Under the pieces are notes generated by a model, which saw nothing but the letters and a program-made list of their open reading frames with translations, did not search any database and was not told the origin of the DNA. Below, piece by piece: positions 48,101-58,651 of a stretch of 64,000 bases of DNA. Numbering within the stretch: the stretch's first letter is position 1; each line of letters starts with the position of its first letter. Origin of the DNA: Histomonas meleagridis 2922-C6/04-290x (lineage: Eukaryota > Protista > Parabasalia); NCBI GenBank assembly GCA_020184695.1, contig JAANOX010000047.1, forward strand, positions 1 to 64,000, in the 5' to 3' direction. The position numbers and the translations under genes are program-made.

Positions 48101-49620
48101 TTTGAACCAGGGAAACGTTGTTCAAAATCTAAAAGTAATATAAATAATTTATAATATTGTCGTTTAGATATTAATGACATAAATGAAATTTGACTAAAAA
48201 ATTCATTAATAAATGTATCACAAATATTTTTATGAGATGTAATTAAATCATTAAATCCTTGATTAATATCTATTATCATTTTTTGGAATATTTTTAGTTC
48301 TTTTCCTTCTGGTGGGAAATATTTAATTAATGAATGATATACATAATTTTGTGTTTCAATATTATATGAAAACTTTTCGGATATTTCTTGTATAGATACA
48401 TTTGATTTATATGCTAAACCAAATCGTATTAAGAATAATTGTAAATCAAAGTTATTTGGATATTTCTCAAGTAATTTAGCATTAAGTTTTGATTTCATTA
48501 CAGCTTTATTTGCATGAGAAAATCCTAAATATAAATCACGTATTATAAATTTTATAAACTTCGAATTTTCTAAATAATCTTCAGAATCAAGTTTTTTAGA
48601 AATTGATTTTACTTTAAAATCAAAATATCGTTTTAATAAATCATATATTATATAAAAAACTATTAACCCAAAAAAAACGGTAATTGACCGAAAATTATAA
48701 TTAATATAATTTTGGATAAAGATTAAAAAGGTACTAATAAACGCAGTAATAAGTGCTGAATATAATAATGCAAAATGCCAATTAATCATTAAACGAATAT
48801 TTACAAAGCCATCAATTATAAATATAAGATAAACTATTAATATTATAAAAATATAATATCGACGATAATCAACACCACCATAATCTCGAATAGAAAATAA
48901 TATAAAACAACAAAATATATAAAGGCTTTTGGGGAATTCGGGCGTCCATGTATGAAATAAGATTTGATTATATGAAATAGAATTTTGTAATATCCGAATT
49001 AAATTATGATTACTTCGAACACATAATATTAAAACAATGGCTAAAACAAGGCTGGCAAATATGTCGCTTCTATTAGATGAATAAAATTTCTCGGAAATAA
49101 AAGAAGAACAATAATAACAATAACATGGATACAACATAATATGCATAAAAATGGGTTGATAAAGTGCAATGGCACGTAAGTATTTGGGCAAGTGATGAGA
49201 ATCATAATATAATAAACGAAATGCAAACTCTAAAATTAATGTTAAGATTTGAAAGGATGTAAATACCCATAGCATGACATTAAAAATAGCATCAGTATAG
49301 AAAGCTGGAACAAATAGGAAAAAAGAACCAATTATTTGAATGATATTATATAACGAGCTATTCACTGACCAAAAAGAAGAAAAATTGGGTAAGAAACCCA
49401 GAATCACAAAGTTTGCTGATAGAATCATGATTATGATATGGGAAACCCATTTTGGAAAAGGATGAATATTTGTAAGATAAATAAAATAATATGGGTCATT
49501 ATCACTATGATAGTTCCACCCAAAAATATCGCTTTTGTTTTTAATCTCTTCTTTACTGGGTGGTTCGTCAGTCTTGGAGGTATCAATGGACGCGCTGCTC
49601 CTTCTCGTTCCACCCTTCAT
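45166..49620 (-). CDS. Multi-pass transmembrane adenylyl cyclase with PAS-like domain and one class III catalytic domain
   Basis: First ATG at 49620. Many hydrophobic segments; PAS-like ILSNLPDSIIIININKTIIYNN. Catalytic FCDVVEFT, KIKCIGDCYM, FDLWGETVNEAERME, where the K and D specificity residues indicate ATP. Confidence 0.92.
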   Translation of the reverse strand: MKGGTRRSSASIDTSKTDEPPSKEEIKNKSDIFGWNYHSDNDPYYFIYLTNIHPFPKWVSHIIIMILSANFVILGFLPNFSSFWSVNSSLYNIIQIIGSFFLFVPAFYTDAIFNVMLWVFTSFQILTLILEFAFRLLYYDSHHLPKYLRAIALYQPIFMHIMLYPCYCYYCSSFISEKFYSSNRSDIFASLVLAIVLILCVRSNHNLIRILQNSISYNQILFHTWTPEFPKSLYIFCCFILFSIRDYGGVDYRRYYIFIILIVYLIFIIDGFVNIRLMINWHFALLYSALITAFISTFLIFIQNYINYNFRSITVFFGLIVFYIIYDLLKRYFDFKVKSISKKLDSEDYLENSKFIKFIIRDLYLGFSHANKAVMKSKLNAKLLEKYPNNFDLQLFLIRFGLAYKSNVSIQEISEKFSYNIETQNYVYHSLIKYFPPEGKELKIFQKMIIDINQGFNDLITSHKNICDTFINEFFSQISFMSLISKRQYYKLFILLLDFEQRFPGSNESTTYLKLFKKLFPKNDDYAEIKFWHDLKPDFTSICYDFYPSQLEFNIKHPKLCNPLKHGLTKVDELMTNKTNSLTTNGPYHFEFCRSYVFLIGFILLCFPLSFTILGIIDCKEIYHKSHELILSWSLTWKIEVLQSSSYIFAFFDVNKTFDDIPNNIPSFHIEDFSDYNSSLWKDFVLLKYPDILNLINHIALAFGNDVGHDKETFKQLSDYFQNTYVNFSLFPNSDHSIFWSLISVIYVSIEFVTNDSVYLANYTNFTSLSYILYEIDDILNESFNKFGRQLESVHILKGFLPKDYVVLTVDVILLVLAFLFFIWIGYLSAKKNVQFFKLTRDFNKSTLVEVYDFLDKLKSKLQVKNDKSEEQIYPQVITFGKIYIVVLLILLFCIFGTLCSNYYVHETKITQLEKNVQYYAAYSSNFINITNAFQLITTYEFYDYLPDIDNEYIKNRVIRIITEYCMYNDGPYNNADEDIQYFCQGMTKDVFGDETQNNVILKFLSMLQIVVHNFNQNHIVISYLPRIFNFYFYEFIPYFIGLLDKLSELVDDSYSETLFIDIIIMCINIIVLIAFLITLIIFVRFADQPFQYIHDFMLQFNDDNFTKESIKLFAEDQIIENKDQDKIDLYYDTILSNLPDSIIIININKTIIYNNISANKFLKEESIGQNLFNSLQYEFYKIEEKDLPIITLDDLISDYFMFDTVNVIKYKLEGKFENKTVWSSLTISPIFDENDGHMFTNIRESRNFVLIFQDIGDEVRQQNLIEEETSKHISILQQILPPEIASRLLQNEEHISMTLPKISISFCDVVEFTPWCASHSPEFVVKALNLMFMKFDEILTKYPMVTKIKCIGDCYMAGAGIFLSNNETPESSALQMTRFCVDSIRGMKDVNEKLNVNNSKDVNMRVRIGIAFGGPVRGGVMGISKPVFDLWGETVNEAERMEAIGKPMKVHINSELYKVVKKYKEFKFIKEEDGTYTVDVDVK

Positions 49621-49745
49621 TGCTATCAAAAAGTTCAAACAACGAATTTGTAAGGATTTTATCCTCAGAAATTGATAATGAGACGGTTTTGAATGATGAA
49701 CGTTAAAAATATTTATAGAATACGTTAATTGTTGTAAATTTCTTC

Positions 49746-50261
49746 ATGCTAAAGTTGTAGCTTTCAATGGAAGTGGGCGCAAAAATGGTAACACAGCCCA
49801 AATGCTCAAAAAATTCCTTGAGGGAGCAAGCTCTCAAGGTGCTCAAACTGAACTTGTTCATCTTTCAGATATTAATTTCCAAGGTTGTTTGGGTTGTCTT
49901 GCTTGTCATAAAGATGAAGGAAATTGCCAACTTAATGATGGCCTTACAAAATATTTGTTAAACGGTGAGAAATATACTGTAATGTGCTTTGGAACACCAC
50001 TTTTCTTCTACTGTGAAAGTGCCCTGATGCGAGGCTGCTTAGAAAGAATGATGTTCCAGTATTCACCACTGAAACTTTCTTGAAGAGGAAATTGTGAAAC
50101 TCTCAATGCTTATGACACACTTCAATGTAATGACTATAAAAAATATCACATTGAATCATTTAACGAAGAGCATAAAAAAAAAGATACATAATGAACAATT
50201 TCCAATTGATTTACAAAAAGCATATGATCTTGGTGTAAAATTAATCAAAGACTCCAAGTAA
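49746..50261 (+). pseudogene. Bacterial-type iron-sulfur flavoprotein / NADPH-dependent FMN reductase family pseudogene
   Basis: KVVAFNGSGRKNGNT, CLGCLACHKDEGNC (Cx2Cx2Cx6C), FGTPLFF, and C-terminal DTLQCNDYKKY...EQFPIDLQKAYDLG. There is a 1-nt frameshift just after the ATG at 49746, a TGA at 50081-50083 and a frameshift near 50180. Confidence 0.85.
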
Positions 50262-50516
50262 AACCTTGTAAAAATTCTAGTAAATCATGAGATATTGGAA
50301 AAATATTTTTGAATTTTGAATATATAAAATATATATATACATTTGATTAATCAAGATTCTATAATATTTAATTTCTCGCCTATTTAATTAAACCGAGTTG
50401 TTGCAATATCTTTTTTAAATCTCTCATGGAAATAATTTTTATAATTAGAACAAGGTTACAAAAGTGCAATATTTTTTAACGTTTTCTGTTTCATTTTTCC
50501 ACTTTTTTGCCAAAAG

Positions 50517-52412
50517 ATGAACCTTTCTGTTTCTCCTGAAGGCTCACCTTTTTTTTCAGGCTCGAATTTTCTAAGCGTATACTCTCAATCTCCTCTACCA
50601 AGTCTAAGTCCAGTGAGTACTTTTGAATCAAGCGAAGAAGATAATCCAATATCGCATCAACAATTACCAATTAGCTCTGAGTATGATATGGCAATGGAAA
50701 ACTTTTTTGAGAAAGATGGTGTTGATAGGAGTGAATGGAATAAGAGGCTCCTTCAAGAAAATCCAGATATCAAAGATTTTATTGATCGTGTAGATCCTGT
50801 TGCGCGTGCCACCAACTTTGCTCGTATGTATCTTCCTTCCAACCGTCTTGTTTCACAAGATCTTTTATTAACTCTTATTTCTCAACATCTTCGTACATTA
50901 GGTCTTATTGAAACTCAATCTTCACTACACGACGAGTGGAGTTCTCTTGTTCAAATACCAACACATCTTCTTCATTCACAACTTGCATTAATAATTCAAA
51001 GAGGCATTACCAAAGCCGAACGATTTTGGGAACTCTCCATGCCTTCTGTCATCCAACCCGAGAACCCAGCCAAGCTTCTCGATGAAGAAATCTCTAACAC
51101 CATTGGGGGCACCCCATATGTCGTTGAGGACGATACTCCGCTATCGTCCGAAGACTTTGGCGATCCAGCCTTTTTCAAGACAGCTAATGGCCATCCTATA
51201 GAAGCCTCGTTGAATCAAATCATTTGGCTTTTAACACTAGAAAGTGAATATAACGGCTCTGCACTGATTCCTGCGATATGCTTAACATATAAATCCTTTA
51301 CGACACCGAAAATATTTTTCACGAAATTACGTGAAAGGTTTCGATTAGCGTTTGAAGAAAACGAAACTAAAAGAGGGCATTCAATAATGTTAACGTTTAA
51401 GTTACTTAAGGCTTGGCTACGCGATGGACAAAACACTATCGATCAACCAGTGCTTGAAGCGGCGCGAAACTTTGTTGAGACGGAACTTAAGCCGCAATTC
51501 CCAAACTATTGTAGTAACTTGTTTGTCCAAAGCAAGCGACATCATTTTATGGATTATTCACGCGCGCCTAAAGTGGTATTAGGAAATTGTCGTAACATAT
51601 GGCAAAAGGACTTTTCCATTTTCGATATTCCGCCGATTGAAATCGCACGACAATTAACAATTCTTACATGCCAATATTATTATGATATCTCACGAATCGA
51701 ATTACTTGATAACGCTTGGAATATCCCAAGATTTAAACATAGAGCCCCAAATGTTTGCGCTTTATATCTACGTACTAACAAAATTAGTTCATGGGTACAA
51801 ACGACAATATTAACTGAGCCAAGTTTGCAAAAGCGATTATGGAAAATGAGGTTTTTGCTTGAAGTAATGTCCGAACTTGAAAGAATTAGAAATTATTTCG
51901 ATTCTTTTGCGATTTTTGGCGGATTTAATGCAAACCCAACTTTTAGATTAGATGTACATAAGGAATTACTTCCAGAGGACTTACGTGGTTTGTTGACTAA
52001 GGCCCAGGAAACGTACGCGCCTGGCGACAACTTCGCATACGCTCGAAAGATGCAGGATGAAGCACTCGCATCAAAGCAACCGTCGCTCCCAATATTTTCA
52101 ATACTTTTGGGCGATATCGCTCTTTACAACGAAAACACGGCGGTTTTCTCTAACGGTCTGATTAACCTCAAAAAGTGCGAAAGAATGCTCAAGCTGATAC
52201 AGGCGGTTGAGGACTTCAAAAAGTGGAAGTACAGCTTTTTGCCGATAGATCAGGTGCTGAATAAGCTAAAAGAATTGGACGGCTTGGACGAGGATTCATT
52301 AATGGAACTTTCATTTGATGTAGAACCTGCTAACGCAACACCTGCTATGTTAAAGGACGTGACACAGCAAAATGATTTGGTGAGATCTACATCGGTTAGA
52401 CATCTTGATTAA
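50517..52412 (+). CDS. RasGEF (LisH + REM + CDC25 domains)
   Basis: LisH-like LLLTLISQHLRTLGLIETQSSL; REM (LTYKSFTTPKIFFTKLRERF, LLKAW); CDC25 (PPIEIARQLT, RNYFDSFAIFGGF, LPIFSILLGDI, GLINLKK). Confidence 0.92.
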   Translation: MNLSVSPEGSPFFSGSNFLSVYSQSPLPSLSPVSTFESSEEDNPISHQQLPISSEYDMAMENFFEKDGVDRSEWNKRLLQENPDIKDFIDRVDPVARATNFARMYLPSNRLVSQDLLLTLISQHLRTLGLIETQSSLHDEWSSLVQIPTHLLHSQLALIIQRGITKAERFWELSMPSVIQPENPAKLLDEEISNTIGGTPYVVEDDTPLSSEDFGDPAFFKTANGHPIEASLNQIIWLLTLESEYNGSALIPAICLTYKSFTTPKIFFTKLRERFRLAFEENETKRGHSIMLTFKLLKAWLRDGQNTIDQPVLEAARNFVETELKPQFPNYCSNLFVQSKRHHFMDYSRAPKVVLGNCRNIWQKDFSIFDIPPIEIARQLTILTCQYYYDISRIELLDNAWNIPRFKHRAPNVCALYLRTNKISSWVQTTILTEPSLQKRLWKMRFLLEVMSELERIRNYFDSFAIFGGFNANPTFRLDVHKELLPEDLRGLLTKAQETYAPGDNFAYARKMQDEALASKQPSLPIFSILLGDIALYNENTAVFSNGLINLKKCERMLKLIQAVEDFKKWKYSFLPIDQVLNKLKELDGLDEDSLMELSFDVEPANATPAMLKDVTQQNDLVRSTSVRHLD

Positions 52413-52870
52413 ATAAGAAGAAGAAAATGAATAAAGGAAACTAAATTGTGAATAAATCAAAAGGTTTCGTATTAATGTTCTTGATAAATTCCATAGTTTG
52501 GTTCTGCTTATAATATCTTTTAACTAATTTCGTATTGTTCAAACATTTTTGCTATTTACAAGTTAGTTACATATGCATATATATGCTTCTTTTATGTAAA
52601 TGATAAAATATTAATTATATTATTAATTGCATTAATCAGGTTAAGAACTGTGAATAATATTGAAATGATGAAATAAATAAAAATCAAACCCACAATTGTG
52701 TAAGAATTTAAAGAAACGAAATTTTAGATTCAAATGAATTCTCATCATCTTTAATTAAAAATAAAAAATATTAATATTTAGGTTATAGAACAGATTTTCC
52801 AAAATTTTCAATAATTTTTTCAAATTAAGAAGATCTCACTTATAAATATATTTAAATAAAATCGTTATTT

Positions 52871-53698
52871 TTATTCACTATAATCCTCTTCTTCTAATTC
52901 ACATAAATGATCAATCAACGCTTGTGGGTCAACAAATTGTTCTTCATACTGAGAAGCATCAGGTATAGGAAATTGATAACTTTTCAATATCGTTTTTCTT
53001 GATGGGATTATGTTTGGATTTACTTCCATCTCTTGCATAAATCGATTCAGTTCTTCATTCTGCAAAACTGAAGATATCTCAATTGGGACCATGGATTGTT
53101 TGTTCTGAATTGTTCGATTAGCACCAAACGCTATTAAAACCCGAGCGATTTCAGGTGTTGATATTGCCATTGAAAGATGGAGTGACGTGTTTCCTTCATT
53201 ATTTGGTTGATTAGGATCTGCACCTTTGTATAATAGAAAAACAGCCATCTCTACATTTCCAGTTGATGCAGCGATATGAAGAGGAGTTGCAAATTAAAAA
53301 AATATACTCCAATAAATATAAAATAACATTATCTGTTTTAACATCAAGTTCTTTTATGTCTTGAGAAAGAATGAAATCTACAATTTTTGTTTCCTGAACT
53401 GCAACTGCGTAATGGATTGGATGCCAGTTGTAAACTGGTTTTTGAATATCAGCACCAAGTTCAACAAGCTTCTTTACAACTTCGAACTGGTGGCACAAAA
53501 TAGCATAAACCAATGGAGTAGGCCTAGATATTTGAGGAAATACGAAGCCTTTTTGAGGTAATTTTGTGGTACAATTAATCTGTTGTTAAAATTTAAAAAT
53601 ACAACTTCGTTAGCAGATTCTTTTTCGATTCCAAGAGAATTAATTCCTTGTAAATTCCCATTGAGAATAAATTGTGCCAAGGAATTATCAAAATCCAT
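52871..53698 (-). CDS. Ankyrin-repeat protein split over three frames
   Basis: Ankyrin motifs TPLVYAI, HPIHYAV, TPLHIAA and TSLHLSM. Likely ATG at 53698. The first frame change is explained by a short GT-AG intron; the second (53291-53327) has no AG. Confidence 0.8.
53580..53605 (-). other. Short spliceosomal intron (26 nt; alternative 23-nt donor at 53602)
   Basis: GTTGTATTTTTAAATTTTAACAACAG has a trichomonad-like TAAC-AACAG 3' end. Removing it joins ESANE to INCTTKLP...TPLVYA in frame. Confidence 0.75.
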
Positions 53699-54094
53699 TG
53701 ATTTTATATAGTGGAATTTTAAATTGAATTGTGTTCGATTCCCAACGTTTATTTTTTTTCTCATTATTTTTGGGGTGCCTTATCCTCAAATTTTTCGACT
53801 ATAGTTTAATCGTTTTTGTTTACCATGCAATTGATGAACTTCTACACTACAAGTAATAAATAACAAGTGTTTAAGGATTTTAAATATTATTTTTTTTAAA
53901 CTTCAAATTAAGGATAGTCAAATAAAAAAAATCATCACATAAATACCCAATGATAAAGTTTTATGTTGTTATCTACATATAATATGAAAGCTAAATTATC
54001 ATTTATTATTGGAACTATGTATTGTATTAAAATTACTTATATACATATGTTATAATTATATGTTAAAATTAAAAACTTATAAAGAAATCATTTT

Positions 54095-55936
54095 TTAGTC
54101 TGTAAATGCTCTGAATCTATCTTCGATTTCGTTGTACAATTGCTTATAGTGGTCGACACATTTCTCTTCTCCATCTTTCGGATCCACGAATTTCATTTGG
54201 ATCAACTTTTGTATCTGTGGTGCCAAGAAGTTCGCTATTGATTCGTATGTCACTCTTTTCTCTCCGGACGCCGCTTCATTCAGTTCATGTTTCGCCAAGT
54301 CATAGAAGTGCAGCATGTTCTTCAGCATCCAAAATGTCTTCCACATCGGCGACACCTTATCGTACGGCGTGTAGCTGTTTTGCTGCAAGAAGTCCTCTCG
54401 AATCATTCTCGCGACTTCCAGTGTCAACTTGTCAGGTTCCGCCAGCGAGTCCTTGCCGACCAATTGCACAATTTCCTGCAGTTCTTGTTCCTCCTGAAGC
54501 AGTTGTCTCACTTCAGTTCTTAACGATGGGAAATCGGGATCAAACGACACGAAGTATGGCCTCAAAACGTCGTCGTACTTCGAATATGATAATGTCCACG
54601 AGACAGAAGGGAAGTGTTTCCTTTGCGCAAGCTTCTTATCGAGTCCCCAGAACACTTGCACGACTTGCAATGTGGCTGTGGTCACTGGATCGCCGGCGAT
54701 ATCACCGCCCGGTGGAGACACAGCGCCGACAACAGTAACTGATCCTTCGCGTCCAGGGTTACCGATTGTGCGCACTTTGCCTGCGCGTTCGTAAAATGAG
54801 TCCAAACGAGCGCCCAAGTACGCAGGGAAGCCCGAGTCTGCTGGCATTTCGGCCAAACGACCGGAAATTTCACGTAACGCTTCTGCCCAACGCGATGAAG
54901 AGTCCGCGAGCATTGTCATGTTGTAGCCCATATCTCTGTAGTACTCGGCTAATGTGATTCCGGTGTAAATTGAGGCTTCACGCGCGGCAACGGGCATGTT
55001 CGACGTGTTCGCAACAAGACACGTGCGGTCCATAATTGGATGCTCGACGCCATTAAGTTCACAGGTAAGTTCGGGGAACTCCATAAGTACTTCGGCCATT
55101 TCGTTTCCGCGTTCACCGCATCCGACATAGATAATGCCATTGGAGTTGGAGTATTTGGATAACGCTTGTGAAATAACAGTTTTACCACATCCAAATGCGC
55201 CGGGAATTGCACATGTACCACCTTGGACAACTGGAAATAGACAGTCGAGAACACGCTGACCAGTGATGAGTGGATATGTGCCATTAAGTTTCGATGCAAA
55301 TGGACGAGGTGTACGTACGGGCCATTCTTGAAGCATTGGATACTCGCGTTCTTTGCCATCGAACTCGATACAGACGATTGGTTCCTTAACTGTGTATGAC
55401 CCAGACTCTGCAAGCCATTTAAGTGTTCCATGTGCTTTGGGTGGTAACATAATTTGATGACGAATTAATGACGTTTCTTGTACATAACCTACGATATCGC
55501 CGCCTGTTAATGGATCTCCGACTTTGAGTTTGTCATTTGGTACAAATGGCCATTGACGATCCATATTTAAAGCAACAGCATCTACACCACGTGGAATGAA
55601 AACGCTTCCGCTCTTTTCACTGATATCTTTGAGTGGGCGTTGAATACCATCATAAATATTTGTCATAAGACCTGGACCTAATAAAACAGAAAGTGGTTTT
55701 CCAGTACCTGTAACTGGATCACCAACTGTAAGACCTGATGTTTCTTCGTATACTTGAATTGTAGCTGTATCGTGTTCTAATTGAATGATTTCACCAACTA
55801 ATTTTTCTTTACCGACACGAACTAATTCATACATTGCAGCACCTGTCATCTTTTCAGCAATAACGACAGGTCCACTAATGGAATAAATTGATCCGCAAAG
55901 CTGTTCTTGGCGATTTGCTTCTACCGTTGTAAACAT
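54095..55936 (-). CDS. VMA1: V-type H+-ATPase catalytic subunit A
   Basis: ISGPVV, Walker [64 protein letters not shown]; 613 aa. Confidence 0.98.
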   Translation of the reverse strand: MFTTVEANRQEQLCGSIYSISGPVVIAEKMTGAAMYELVRVGKEKLVGEIIQLEHDTATIQVYEETSGLTVGDPVTGTGKPLSVLLGPGLMTNIYDGIQRPLKDISEKSGSVFIPRGVDAVALNMDRQWPFVPNDKLKVGDPLTGGDIVGYVQETSLIRHQIMLPPKAHGTLKWLAESGSYTVKEPIVCIEFDGKEREYPMLQEWPVRTPRPFASKLNGTYPLITGQRVLDCLFPVVQGGTCAIPGAFGCGKTVISQALSKYSNSNGIIYVGCGERGNEMAEVLMEFPELTCELNGVEHPIMDRTCLVANTSNMPVAAREASIYTGITLAEYYRDMGYNMTMLADSSSRWAEALREISGRLAEMPADSGFPAYLGARLDSFYERAGKVRTIGNPGREGSVTVVGAVSPPGGDIAGDPVTTATLQVVQVFWGLDKKLAQRKHFPSVSWTLSYSKYDDVLRPYFVSFDPDFPSLRTEVRQLLQEEQELQEIVQLVGKDSLAEPDKLTLEVARMIREDFLQQNSYTPYDKVSPMWKTFWMLKNMLHFYDLAKHELNEAASGEKRVTYESIANFLAPQIQKLIQMKFVDPKDGEEKCVDHYKQLYNEIEDRFRAFTD

Positions 55937-56563
55937 TAAATGTTTAGACTTGACTATCGGCGGAGGTTATAATTATTATAGGACATGTGATGTGAAACGA
56001 TAAAAATCAAACAGAGCTTTTCAATTTAAACAGGAAGAAAAATAAATTTGTTAGCGCCATATATATTTATTCAACAAACAACATATATTTTTATTATGAA
56101 TGCATATAAATATTTCAATAATGTGAAAAATATTTTATATAATTTTGCATTTGGTGAATTAAATTTAAATTTTCATATTCATTTAAAACAATAAATAATT
56201 GCTTCTTATGGGCTTTAAAGAATAAGTATATTCACAATTAAATTTATTACTATTATTTTTTTTTTCCTGAAAAAAGCTGACAAACAATTTTCAAAAGATA
56301 ACGGTCATGAGCCATATTACCTCCCACAACTGTCTACTGCTTCAAGCAATGTTTCTCTTGTACTAAATAGAACCGTTAAATAGAATACATTCAATAATAT
56401 CACAAGGATCTGGTTGCCGTACTTTCTTCGATATTTTTTATGTTTCAAAACCAAAAAAACAGATTTTAATCATTTCATCCAATGCATAGGGACTGCTGTC
56501 ATCTGCCAGTTATTGTGTTTTGCTTTTGACTGATTTATTTAAACCTTATTTTCACCAACTCAA

Positions 56564-58301
56564 ATGTATACCATTTTCCTTATTTGCTTAATATTTCCCA
56601 CCTACTCGTGCCACTTTTGCAACACATGTATTATTCCTAAAATTTTTTCTGATAAATATTCATTTTTCAATGTTCAAGAAAACAAAAACAATGCTTTTTC
56701 AATATCTAAAGAGCACACATACCTCTCTGTTGGAGAACTATTTCATCTTTATGATGATTTTGATGTAATTCCTCCTAATTTTTTAGATTCATCAAATCAT
56801 TTTTATTACTTTAACTTAATTTCTTTTTGCTTTTCATCACTAGCTTGTAAATTGAACTCTTCATTGTATAGCTTTTGTGTTCATTTAATCTCATCTATTT
56901 TTTCAACAGATTCATATTTATTACTTCACCTCAATACATACTTCGAAAATGGATTTGTCACTAAATATCTTTTATTAATATTATATTTGCTACCCATATT
57001 TTTATGTTTTTCTAAAATCTTTTCAGATTATATAAAAATAATTTACAAAACTGAAAACTCAATTTCAACAAATTTTCCTTTTATATTTATAATGACTTCA
57101 TTAGCATCATCAGTTTTCTTTGAAAATGGAACACTTTTAATCTATAACGAAAACGATTTCACTGATCAAAATTTAAGTATCGTCACAGATGTAATAATTG
57201 GCGTCAATGTGACTTCAATTCCATCAGGTGAATTCAGTGAATGGCCGCTCCTTAGAAATGTTTACATTGGTGATTCAGTTATATCTATTGGAGGTTATGC
57301 TTTTTCTAGTTGTTCTAATCTGGAAACTCTCATCATTGGAAATAATGTTAAGGAAATTGGGGGTTCTGCATTTTCATTCTGCATAAAATTAACAAATGTA
57401 ACAATTCCAGACTCAGTTACTTTGATTGGAGGTTCTGCTTTTTCTATTTGTTCAAATTTGGAAACTCTTATCATTGGAAATAATGTCAAGGAAATTGGGG
57501 GTTCTGCATTTGGGCTATGTTCCAAACTAAAATGTATTTATTTTTATGGAATAGCCGAACCATATATTGGCGAGAGCTCTTTTTTTAACGTTTCAACAAC
57601 AGTTATGGTATTAAATGGATATAAAAATACATATTTTGGAATACTGAATGTCACCACTGACGCACCCGGTGATTGTTCGCCAATAATTACATACACATTT
57701 TCACAATCGAATACATACACTAAAACAAACACATTTATACGATCAAATACATATACAAAATCTAATACATTTACAGCATCTGCATCATTGCATCTCTCAG
57801 ACACAATAAGTGATTCAGGTATAATTACGTTTTCTAATTCATTTATTATTACACAAACAGTTTTACATACGCAAACAATAACTATTTACTATTCAACACT
57901 CACAGACTCATGCACAATATCATTCATTGTTTACATATTTTCATTCTTCGTTCATTTACTATGAGTACATTGTGATTTCATATTCGACAATTTATATTTT
58001 TTATTCCGATTTTTATACACTTTTTTATATAAGCGATTCACAGCCAAATGATTCCAAAACAACAATCATTATCATTGCTGTGTGTGCAACAATTGGAGTA
58101 ATCATTGTCATAGCGTTGTTAGTTATATTTTTAATTCGCTTTAGGATAAAGAAAACAAATGAAATGAAGCAAGAATCAAACAGAAGCGAATATAATACAC
58201 CGGAAATAGATACAATTGGCAATTGTTCGACATTGTCAGACATCAAAGAAGATCCTTTTGCGGATGATTTTAAAGAAGAAAAATTTGTAAATCAAATATA
58301 A
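56564..58301 (+). CDS. BspA-like (TpLRR) type I surface protein with Ser/Thr stalk, TM helix and short tail; frame break near 57925-57965
   Basis: Repeats like IGGSAFS.CSNLETLIIGNNVKE; stalk FSQSNTYTKTNTF...; TM segment IIIIAVCATIGVIIVIALLVIFLI and tail EDPFADDFKEE in the overlapping ORF 57927..58301. Confidence 0.8.
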
Positions 58302-58651
58302 TAATAATAAAGCGATTTAGTAAAAATAAATACATAAAATTTCTTTTTCAAAAAAATGTATTAAAGAAATGTAATGTATAACTAAAAACCATTAGAATAT
58401 GTAGAAGAAAGATCAAAGGATTTAAAACAAAAATTTTTAATTGCATATATGATTCCATTTTTTTTTCCTGAATTCACAGATGAAATAATCAAAAGCAAAA
58501 CATTTACATTGGCTACACCACATCAATAATGTAATTAAAATTTTCTTTAAAAATTCTTTGCTCTAAAGTAATTCACTACCACACGAACTCATTGATGTTA
58601 ATAGTTATCGAGTTTATATCAAAAATATAAAAATTTTACTTTAAATACATT

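Noticed and set aside
55080-55140. Possible VMA1 intein in V-ATPase A
   Set aside because: The insertion site [11 protein letters not shown] is uninterrupted and the protein is a normal 613 aa.
54217-55431. Overlapping alternative-frame and antisense ORFs within V-ATPase A (and similar short ORFs inside the talin-like, M16C, cyclase, RasGEF and BspA genes)
   Set aside because: These are shadow ORFs caused by local GC content and codon bias; no motifs.
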